64,000 nt of DNA from Takakia lepidozioides (lineage: Eukaryota > Plantae > Bryophyta): NCBI GenBank assembly GCA_030704615.1, contig CM060733.1, positions 41,788,001 to 41,852,000 of the forward strand, given 5' to 3'. The position numbers and the translations under genes are program-made. This document shows, piece after piece, positions 49,935 through 61,213 of the stretch. Position 1 is the first letter of the stretch, and the number at the start of each line of letters is the position of its first letter. The notes beneath the pieces were generated by a model. The model saw only the letters and a list, made by a program, of their open reading frames with translations, made no database searches and had not been told where the DNA came from.

Positions 49935-52399
49935 TGTAGTGTGAAAAGAAGGGGCGTGAATCCCCTTCTGTGCAAGTCTAGTTGTGCTCTTCCCTAGGTC
50001 AATCGGAGGGAAGGAAAGGAGCTCTCCCTCTCAGCTGATCCAACCATCGTCACTCGGTGTGGGTTTCCATCAGGTCCTTCGTGATCAGAGTTCGCACAAT
50101 CCTCATCCATGCCGCAGCGGAAGAGAAGACATGGATGGGGAGTCTGTATTGTTTTCACACCGTGGTTCTACTTCTACACGACATCCTTTCCCTGATACAC
50201 TGCACCAGCCATGTTACCATGCGGTCTTCAGTGATGCAACCAGCCCTACGTCAGTGATGACCACTGCCCTTGTGGGCAGCTCTCTTTGTCAACTATACGT
50301 GGAATCCCCTTTGTAACAAGATCACGATTTGGAAGGCGGCAACGCAGATCTGCCATGAGTTTGCAGGCCCACCAGTTTGGCCCTTCATGGTTTCATGCTT
50401 TCTTTATCTTACCTCCCCAATCATCCATTCCTCATCATAACCTCTTGCTGGTCAACTCTCTCCCTTGTGTCCTTTTCTCTCTCTCTCCCTCTCTTCTTTC
50501 AGGATAAGTGGGCTCCTCACTCTTTCCACTGTAACATGCCTATGATGCAATGCAATGCGCATTCAGCCAAGCATCCAGTGCACCCAGCATTGAAATCAAC
50601 CTTGGTCACACATATAATCAACCCTTTATCAGTCCCTCTCTTGCCAATGACAGATGCTTCACACTCCACTTTTCCCAGGTATAACCATTGCCCAAGACAG
50701 CTCTCAACCCTTCTACAGGTCTCAATTTACACACCCTGACAGCTCTCTTTTTCCCATCAGCTGTGAACCTCAGTGGTTCATGGGCTGAGAGCACTCTGAG
50801 AATCAGATCCAAACCCAAACAGATGCTGGTTTTTCTGCCCCATCCACATCATCCCTTCTTGTTGTTTCCAAACAGTTCTATCTATCTACCCTCTCTGGTT
50901 TCCTCTACCTACTAAGCTAGTTCCACATTGGCTGCAATGTGTCAACATCCCAGGCTAGATTGTTTGTACAAGCTCATGACGTTGAAACAAGGAACAAGAA
51001 TACAACAACAGTAACCATTCTGTCCCAGCAACGAGTCTACCCTGTTTCCATTCATTTTCCTACTGTACAATGTAATAGCAGGTGCATCCATCTCCAGCCC
51101 ATCCTGATTTGAAGTCCAGTGTCTTCATTCCATTTACAAAGCTCTTTTTCTTCCTCACATGTCAGTGTCTCTTACTACATACAAGAGACAGTTCAAACTT
51201 CACAAAGCGATTTCTAAGCAACCAAAAACCCAAAAAAGGGGGGGGCAACACTCCTCAAACTTATCTGTCTTATACTCCTTGAAGTGGTGGGTCTGCCTGT
51301 CAAGAAGGCACCTTATCCTCTCCCTCGTCAGCCATCTCCGACGTTTCTTCTTATCGTGATTCCAGTCCTCATTAAGGCATGACGGCTCTGCTTCAGCTGC
51401 TGGCACATCCTTGTGCCTGCCAACCTCTACCCTATCCTTCTACATGTGCATTTCCTCCCTATGAGGTGATCTGGTCCTACAGCCCTTAAGACAGAGAGCA
51501 GATACATAACTTATTTATAGATAGCTTAAGCGCCATACACACCAGAAGGCGGCACCGCTTCCTCTTGCACAGAAAGCCAAGCCAGATCCCTCAACGTCAC
51601 TCTTTAAGGCAAGCTGATTCCCTTACAAAGTGATCTGGTCCTACAGCTCAAAAACAGACAGCAGCTACAAGATTTGATCACTGACAACCTGAGGCGATAA
51701 TACACACCAGCCTGCATTTCTCATCCCCCAACACCTGCTGAGCCACTCCATCTCCTCATTAATGTGCTCACAAATACCATGGCGACAGCAGTGGTGCACC
51801 GCCCTTATCACAAACCCGATCCCTCAGGTTTGATCATTGCTTACGAAGAAGGCGGCACCGCTTCTTCTTGCACAGAAAGCCAAGCAGGAGCTCTTAACAT
51901 TTCTCTTAAAAGCAAGCTGATACCCTTTGCGTAGGTGGAACCTTCTCAGATATCCTGTGCTGTCAACACCACTGCAGCAGCTGCGAAAAGATCCACGCAC
52001 TCTTCCCCTTCGAATTTCACATCCCGCTTCTAGGGTTCAACATCATGGATGAAAATCATTCATCCTAGGGATGAAAAAGGTGCATGTCATAACTTAGCCA
52101 TATTTTGTTCTTGGCAGATAAATAGCATAGTCCTTCCATGGAATTACCTCAAGTTATGGTCAATTCCTCCCCTTCATTAGCACGAAGGGTACTCCCTTCG
52201 TAGTAGTGCCGAAACCTGATGCCAACACAAAACTTGAGATTTTTACTCCCTGCATTCACACTACATATGTAGTGTGTCTCCTTTTTTTAAGTGTCAGGGT
52301 CCTCACTGACCACCTTTAACGGCTGAACACCTATTGGTGGTATGAAGGGTTTTAAATCCCTCCTACTTCTTACCCATTCCTTGTCTGTCTGCTCCATCT

Positions 52400-54491
52400 C
52401 TCAACCTGCATCTTCGTGCAGCTTCTCCAGTCTTGGTTGTGCTTCCTGCGTCCTTGTATCCCAAAAAGTCATAGGGTCCCTCCCATGGAGATGTCATGGA
52501 AGACCTCTTTCCAGGTCTCAACATCATTACCTTGCTGTTCTCCATCAACGTGCAGTAAGTATGCCCTGTTTGATGCCTTCTTTCATAATCTCTTGCCTGT
52601 TGACGCTGCCCTTTCTTCACACTCTTTCGCAGCTTTGCTTTGCCTTCATCTCTGTGAGAAGCTGGATTTTCTGCTGCATCATAAGTGTGACTTCTGCTGC
52701 TACAGATCCATCAGAATTTACTGGTGTTGTAAGAAAATGCAACCTGTTGTCAATTCCCAGCCTGGGAATTCTACCAGTAAGTACCTGAAAAGGTGAGAAC
52801 CCAGTGGAAGCATGGACACCCATTCTGTAACCAAACAGGGCCTTATAGAGATTCTGATCCCACTCAGTGTCGTTTCCAACTCCTAGGGTGGTGATGCTCT
52901 GTTTGATGGACTTAATGACTCTTTCCACCATACCGTTACACTGAGGCCAGTAGGGGGCACTATGCTCCCTCTTTATACCGTATTCGTGGCATGTATCTTC
53001 AAACTCACCTCCCCACTCTGTGCCATTGTCAGTGAGCAACGTATGTGGGCAGCCATACCTGTCAATTACTTCTTCCTCAAGAAAGCGGGCAGCAAGGGCT
53101 GCTGTATGATCTGCCACTGGTGCAGCTTCTATCCATTTTGAGAAGTGATCGATTGCCACCAGAAAGTACTGATTGCCCCTGCTGGTTATAGGTAATGGTC
53201 CTGCCGTGTCAATTGCAACTCTGAAAAACAGATCCACTACTGGAATGCTATGAAGTTTTGAGCTACCTGAGCGCAACACTCCGTTCTGTTTGGCCATCTG
53301 ACATTTACCACAGCCCTTGAGTACTTGCCTGATGAGTTTTGTTCTATCATGCCAGAAATAACGTCGGCATATCTCCTCTTGTGTTCTTCTGACTCCAAAG
53401 TGGCCAGTGGTTTCATGTACTTCAGTGATTATTGCCCCTCTGTCAGTCTTTGGTGGAACTACCCTTCCATCAAAGTAGACCTCACCTTTGAGATAGGAGT
53501 ACTGCCTTGCCCGCCTCTTGACTCTCTTGCTCTCCTCCTTTGTCAGGTAGTCATTGACTTCTCCAAAACATAAGAGGTGCATGACCTCCACATCATCAAG
53601 CACATCAGGTTGCCTTTCCTCCCTAACAGCTGCTGTATGATGGTCAGAGCTGAGTAGAGAGCTTTTCCCACATCTTTCAGCCTCACGTAATAATGACATC
53701 TGAGTAGCTTTGGTGGGTGTGGTCCATGGTACCCAGTCCGCTTCATCAATCTTGTTGCAAGAAGAAGTGTCTTGTTCTGAACCACTTGTTCCATCACTGT
53801 CTGAAGAACAAAACGTCTTGGTGGAACACTCACCCCCCATGTTTTTCTTGGCTGGGCATTCTGATGAGGACGTCCCCCGCGTTCTTCTTGTTGTTGGAGT
53901 GCTTGTCAAGTGTTGAAGGAATGGTGTCCCTTGCAAGCTTCCCTTTTCATTGTTCAATCTCTCTTCCACAAGTTCACAGGCTGGATGTACCTCGCTCAGC
54001 TGCTTATCACGAGCACAAGATCCTCGGGTAATCACATGGATGGTGGGACAAGAGGGCATCAGATGCTCCTTTTCCTTGTTGCTGATTGCAGTAGCCTCTA
54101 TCCTTCCTGCACCCTTATCCTTCCAAATACCCTCCCTCACCAGATTGACAGAGCTTGATTGATCAATACCCTTTCCTTGTTTTTTTTTTGTAGCAAAAGT
54201 CTGTGCAGCAAAAGTCACCCTCTTTCCTTCTCCATCTGGCATTATGCCTGGTTTCAGTTCTCCTTTCAATATGCCATGATCCTTGGTCAACATTCCACCT
54301 GTGGAAGATCTTACTATACCCGGAACGAACTCAAATGAAAAATCACCAAGTAAGTCTATGCCTATGTGGTGCTCTGAGTATAGCCACCAATATGGATCTA
54401 GATCTGTTTCTAAAGAAAAATGACTTCCCAACAGTATTTCCTTGAAGTGCCAAGGCCCCATACACATGCATAGTACTCTTCTCTTTTGCAA
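52400..54491 (-). pseudogene. Long spacer + integrase of F
   Basis: HETTGHFG...CGKC, IDTAGP, TDNG, NGMVERV; C-terminus frameshifted (SPWEGPY). Confidence 0.9.
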
Positions 54492-54544
54492 ATCATCTCC
54501 CCTTTTTCACTGCTATACCCTACTTTGCCTATGAGCTTCTTCTC

Positions 54545-57500
54545 TCAACTCCTCCTTCCCCTCCTTAAATTGAAATAATGAAGCATTGATGGCACCCCTA
54601 TCCAAGCTAACTTAAGAAGATAGGCTCCATCCCTCTTTCTCCCTTCTCTTTTCTGACTGTACAGAGAAGTAGAGTATACCTCGATTTCCTCGGTTTCCTC
54701 AGCTGGTCCCACTGGATACCTGCTTAGTGCATCTACGTTAGCATGCCTAGCACCTGCTCTGTGAACAATTTTAAACTCAAAATCTTGTAACATCATGATC
54801 CATCTACCCCTGCGTCCATATGCGTCACTTACCGTTGCCAACCATTCCATGGTTTGTGATCAGTCCTGATTACAAAGGGGTTCCATACAGGTACTGTCGA
54901 TGTAATACACAAAGGGATGTCATTCCATAGGTTGTCGAATATTCTACATCGTGCATAGCATTCACCCTCCATAGGGTGATATTTGCGCTGAGCATCAGAT
55001 AGTACCTTACTGGCGTATGCAATGACCCTCTCCTTTTTATACTCCTTTTGTGACAAGACTGCCCCTACTCCTTTGATGGACCAGTCAACATCCAAGACGA
55101 ACGGTCTTGAGAAATCTGGTCTTGCCAGGATGGGAGCAGTTACCAACTTCACCTGTAAGGTAGAAAAGCGTTTTGTGCCTCTGCACTCCAGATAAACTTT
55201 ACATCCTTCTTGGTTAGAGTGAACAAGGGTACTGCCACTCCAGCATATCCTTTGACATAGGGCCTATAGTACCCTGTCATGCCTAAGTAGCTTTTGAGAG
55301 CAGTGTGGTTTTTGGGCAAGGGAAACCTTTCAATAGCAGCTATCTTATCTGGATCAGGCCACGTTCCTTCTTCAGAGATCACATGCCCAAGGAATACCAA
55401 CTGTAAGTTGGCAAAGTAACACTTGTCCGGATTGAGCCTAAGATTGGCCTTTCTAACCTTGCTCAATACTCTCTTTATATGTCCCACGTGATCTCCCCAG
55501 TCCTTGCTATGGATATTGACGTCATCTACAAACACCTTAGCGCAATCTTTGATTTCTTCCTTGAGCACTCTATTCATTGTTCTCTGAAAGGTAGCAGTGG
55601 CATTTTTTAGCCCGAATGGCATGACCAGCCATTCATACAATCCCTTCTTTGTGATCACCGCTGTTTTGCCTATGTCTCGGTCGTCCATTTTGATCTGCCA
55701 AAAACCAGATTGTAAATCCAGCGCAGAAAACCACTTGGCTTTCCCCAACTGGTTTAAAACATCCTGAATTAATGGCATAGGGTAAGAGTCCCTTCTGGTC
55801 AAACGGTTTACTGGCCTAAAATCACCACAAAACCGCTTGGATCCATCCTTTTTTGGTGGAAGGGTAACTGGACACGACCATTCTGAACTACTCTCTCTCA
55901 TCTTGCCTTGTGAGATCAAAGTCTCAATTTGTCCTTGGACCTCGTCTTCCTCCCATTCTGATAGGCGGCTGGGACGACTTCTGCAAGGGGGAAAACCTTG
56001 TGTGTCAATTGTGTGTTCTACCTCACTGCAGTATCCCAAGTCAGCCTTGCTAAGAGCAAAGCATTCCTGGTTTGCTTTCAGCTCTTGCTCAAGCTCTATC
56101 CTATGTTCTGGGGCCAGTTCTGGGTTGATGTGCAGTCTGGATTTCAGACTTCTCCAACGACTCTCCATTTCTTCCTCTTGACTGGGTTCCCAATTCTTTC
56201 CCTCCACCTGGCTTACAGAGTTAGCCATTCTCTGTCGTTCCTCTTGTGTGACAACCTGATTCCAATCATGGAAGTCATCCTCTATTTCTAGGTTGTTGTT
56301 CCCTAGTTCACCATTCCAAGCTTTCTGATAAGCTTCCTGTATTATGGCAGCAGCCATGCTCTTATGGGTCTCTTCCTGAAGGAGTTCAGACATCCCTTGG
56401 TCCTCGAACAAGTCCTCCCCTAGGTTGACATCGTCTATTATTTCCTCAACATCCCTCAGTGCTGTTTCTACCTCCTTACTCTCCTCAGAGCCTCCCATCT
56501 CCTCATCTTTATCAGATTTAGAGGTGTCAGAACCTGAGGATGCTTCCTCCGTGTCCTCATATTCTTCCTCTGGTTTTCTTTTCTTCTCCCACAAGCCTAG
56601 GTACTGTTCATCTGACGTCAGGGTTAGGACATTACCTGCTGACGTACTGCTTGCATATCTCATTCTACTCTCGACCCCTCTATGGTAGGCTGTTTTGGTA
56701 ACTGCAGGCTCATTATAATTGATGGTGTGCAAAGGGAAGTGAGCAAAATCCTTTCCTGGCCCATAGCGTACGCGAATTGTTTCAGCTTCGGTGTCCACTA
56801 CAGCGCCAAACTTTTTGAGAAAGTCCAATCCTAGCAGCATGTGATATGTATCCGTGTTCACCACCATAAAGGACAAACGATTGGTTAGTTCTCCTACTTT
56901 GACCTTGATGTCCTCAAGTCTGCCCATTGCAGTCTCAAGAGCACCTGAGGCTACTCTGTAATTCACATCCTTACTAGTAATGACAGATCCCATCAAACCC
57001 AGATCCCTGACTGTACTAGCTGATATTACAGAAAGCATGGCACCAGTGTCAATCTGGCCTAATACTTGGTAATCTCCCATTGTAATCATTACATGAAGCG
57101 CTTTAACCTTACCAGTATAAGCATACGAGATCGTGGGCTCAGCGTGTGCTGAGTACAAAGGCCTTGGTACATCCTTCACAACTTCTACACTGTGAGTTGT
57201 CTCCCTTTGTTGTACCATTGCTCTTTCCACCACTTTGACCAGCCCTTTCAATTTGTCTAGCTCTCCGGGCACAGTCATGATCAGGTCCATGGGCGACAAC
57301 GATATTCTCCCTTTGTAGAAGTGGTTCAAGATTCTGGATTTCGTACCTCCTTCTATAGCATTCTTGAAATTGTTCTTTGGGTAGATTTCACTCTTGGTCT
57401 TGCTTGGCTGTTCACTGCTCTCACTATTCCTTTCTGGTGACCCTGTAGGTTCAACAATCGGACTCTGGACAGGTATGCGTGTCCTTGGAAGTCTGACTTC

Positions 57501-58442
57501 ATTGATACTATTTCGTGACATCAGATCTGTCATCTCTGCGAGTACATCATCCTCATCATCATAGAACACGTCTACAAAGTTAGTTCCCGGAGTTCCCATC
57601 ATAGTTTGGTCGAGTTTTCTACTGCACTCACTCTCCGTATGCCCGAGTAGCTTGCAAAAGTTGCATCTCACACCACACATTTCCGTGGAATGCCCGAACC
57701 GGTGACATTTGTCACACTTAGCTGGGGTTCTTCCTTCAGGACAATATGCAGCTATGTGACCTTCTTTGTGACAAACATTACAAAGGCGAACACGAGGTGG
57801 TGTTCTAGATCCCGAGCTTTCTCCTATGACTGGTCCCCTATCAAAGTACTTCTGTAGGGTAGTGTTCAGCTGATCAAGTCTTCTGTCCACAGGGTTGACA
57901 AACACAACTGACTCATCTGTATCATCTCCTTCCAATGGTTCTAGAGGTATTTCCCCTAACTTTCCCAGGCCCCTTTCAATCTCAATGGCTGTGTCAAGTG
58001 CTTCCTCTACATCAAGGAAGCGCCTGCCCAGCATTACTCTTGCTATTTCTGGTCTCAAACCTGCTGCAAATCTACGTCTCTGTTCCAAATCAGACGCCCC
58101 ACTTCTTATAAATAACCGGTTCAACCTATCGAAGTATGTTTGAACCCTTTGTCTACTCTCCTGTTTAATGGTATCCATTCTTAGCCTAATTTCTGCCAAG
58201 TCAACGATACCAAACTTGGCTGAAATTGCTGCCCTGAAGTCCACCCAGTTGTTTGGTCTAGGGTTTTGTTTACGGTACCATTCATCAGCCTTGGCTCTCA
58301 GGTTGAGCCTTGCTACCTTGAAAGTCTTGTCCTCATTCAAATCCCTGACATCTGCCTCCATCTGAATTCTCTCCAGCCAGTCATTTACATCCTCACTATT
58401 CCTACCATGATAAGGCGCATCTATGCTGGTTGGACTGGTCAT
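54545..58442 (-). pseudogene. gag-pol: gag-PR-RT (open 55149-58442) and frameshifted RNase H of F
   Basis: Three CCHC knuckles, QIDTGA, CGDFRPVN, LDLQSGFWQI, FVDD, DVDWS, EGEC, TDHKP. Confidence 0.95.
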
Positions 58443-58887
58443 CCTTCTATTCTCTAATCAAAGTTCAAACTGTTTCAACACCTAATTCTGACTCTAATTT
58501 TTCCGCAACTCCCTTAATGTTGACCTCTATACCACTCCCACTGTCCATTTCGCAACATCTCTACTCTACCCTCCCCATGTCACCTCTCGTGCCATGGTAT
58601 TTATCTTCACCCACCTTCCTAACTCTCTTATCCAAAGTGCTATGGTTGTTCTTCCACCAGTATGAATCACTCTAAGACATAAATCACCATTGGCTATTCT
58701 CCAAGCAGGGTTGAAGAAGTACAAACAAGGGTCTGCGTGTGCATTTGGTGTGCGTCTGCTGAAGCAAATCAGCACATCTCCAATGCTTGGTTCATCAGGA
58801 ATCAGTGTGTGGTCTCTTCCTGCCATCAAACCATCCAATACCAGTCAAGATCCCTAGCTAGTAGAAATCAAGATTTAACATCCTAAA

Positions 58888-58899
58888 GCTCTGATACCA
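58888..58899 (-). promoter_or_regulatory. Primer-binding site (tRNA-iMet) of F
   Basis: TGGTATCAGAGC directly abutting the 5' repeat. Confidence 0.92.
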
Positions 58900-61213
58900 A
58901 AAGAAGGGGCGTGAATCCCCTTCTGTGCAAGTCTAGTTGTGCTCTTCCCTAGGTCAATCGGAGGGAAGGAAAGGAGCTCTCCTCTCTCTCAGCTGATCCA
59001 ACCATCGTCACTCGGTGTGGGTTTCCATCAGGTCCTTCGTGATCAGAGTTCGCACAATCCTCATCCATGCCGCAGCGGAAGAGAAGACATGGATGGGGAG
59101 TCTGTATTGTTTTCACCCGTGGTTCTACTTCTACACGACATCCTTTCCCTGATACACTGCACCAGCCATGTTACCATGCGGTCTTCAGTGATGCAACCAG
59201 CCCTACGTCAGTGATGACCACTGCCCTTGTGGGCAGCTCTCTTGGTCAACAATACGTGGAATCCCCTTTGTAACAAGATCACGATTTGGAAGGCGGCAAC
59301 GCAGATCTGCCATGAGTTTGCAGGCCCACCAGTTTGGCCCTTCATGGTTTCATGCTTTCTTTATCTTACCTCCCCAATCATCATTCCCTCATCATAACCT
59401 CTTGCTGGTCAACTCTCTCCCTTGTGTCCTTTTCTCTCTCCCTCTCTCTTTCTTTCAGGATAAGTGGGCTCCTCACTCTTTCCACTGTAACATGCCTATG
59501 ATGCAATGCAATGCGCATTCAGCCAAGCATCCAGTGCACCCAGCATTGAAATCAACCTTGGTCACACAAGATATAATCAACCCTTTTATCAGTCCCTCTC
59601 TTGCCAATGACAGATGCTTCACACTCCACTTTCCCAGGTATAACCATGCCCAAACAAGCTCTCAACCCTTCTACAGGTCTCAATTTACACACCCTGACAG
59701 CTCTCTTTTTCCCATCAGCTGTGAACCTCAGTGGTTCATGGGCTGAGAGCACTCTGAGAATCAGATCCAAACCCAAACAGATGCTGGTTTTTCTGCCCCT
59801 CCACATCATCCTTCTGTTGTTTCCAAACAGTTCTATCTAACCCTCTCTGGTTTCCTCTACCTACTAAGCTAGTTCCACATTGGCTGCAATGTGTCAACAT
59901 CCCAGGCTAGATTGTTGTACAAGCTCATGACGTTGAAACAAGGACAAGAATACAACAACAGTAACCATTCTGTCCCAGCAACGAGTCTACCCTGTTTCCA
60001 TTCATTTTCCTACTGTACAATGTAATAGCAGGTGCATCCATCTCCAGCCCATCCTGATTTGAAGTCAGTGTCTTCATTCCATTACAAAGCTCTTTTCTTC
60101 CTCACATGTCAGTGTCTCTTACTACATACAAGAGACAGTTCAACTTCACAAAGCGATTTCTAAGCAACCAAAAACCCAAAAAAAGGGGGGGGGCAACACT
60201 CCTCAAACTTATCTGTCTTATACTCCTTGAAGTGGTGGGTCTGCCTTGTCAAGAAGGCACCTTATCCTCTCCCTCGTCAGCCATCTCCGACGTTTCTTCT
60301 TATCGTGATTCCAGTCCTCATTAAGGCATGACGGCTCTGCTTCAGCTGCTGGCACATCCTTGTGCCTGCCAACCTCTACCCTATCCTTCTACATGTGCAT
60401 TTCCTCCTATGAGGTGATCTGGTCCTACAGCCCTTAAGACAGAGAGCAGATACATAATTATTTATAGATAGCTAAGCGCCATACACACCAGAAGGCGGCA
60501 CCGCTTCCTTTTGCACAGAAAGCCAAGCCAGATCCCTCAACGTCACTCTTTAAGGCAAGCTGATTCCCTTACAAAGTGATCTGGTCCTACAGCTCAAAAA
60601 CAGACAGCAGCTACAAGATTTGATCACTGACAACCTGAGGCGATAATACACACCAGCCTGCATTTCTCATCCCCCAACACCTGCTGAGCCACTCCATCTC
60701 CTCATTAATGTGCTCACAAATACCATGGCGACAGCAGTGGTGCACCGCCCTTATCACAAACCCGATCCCTCAGGTTTGATCATTGCTTACGAAGAAGGCG
60801 GCACCGCTTCTTCTTGCACAGAAAGCCAAGCAGGAGCTCTTAACATTTCTCTTAAAAGCAAGCTGATACCCTTTGCGTAGGTGGAACCTTCTCAGATATC
60901 CTGTGCTGTCAACACCACTGCAGCAGCTGCGAAAAGATCCACGCACTCTTCCCCTTCGAATTTCACATCCCGCTTCTAGGGTTCAACATCATGGATGAAA
61001 ATCATTCATCCTAGGGATGAAAAAGGTGCATGTCATAACTTAGCCATATTTTGTTCTTGGCAGATAAATAGCATAGTCCTTCCATGGAATTACCTCAAGT
61101 TATGGTCAATTCCTCCCCTTCATTAGCACGAAGGGTACTCCCTTCGTAGTAGTGCCGAAACCTGATGCCAAACACAAACTTGAGATTTTTACTCCCTGCA
61201 TTCACACTACAGT

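Larger units (their letters stand above)
49935..61211 (-). mobile_element. Near-complete Ty3/Gypsy element F (clade of A/B, no DNMT), with 4-bp TSD GTGC
   Basis: Repeats of about 2.3 kb at 49935-52265 and 58900-61211; termini TGTAGTGTGAA...TTCACACTACA; GTGC at 49931-49934 and 61212-61215; PBS 58888-58899; PPT 52277-52288. Confidence 0.96.

Noticed and set aside
51545-51866. GCGGCACCGC core in the F LTR as the same site as the 20-bp palindrome
   Set aside because: Only the 10-bp core is shared, the arms differ, and the two copies arise from an internal LTR duplication
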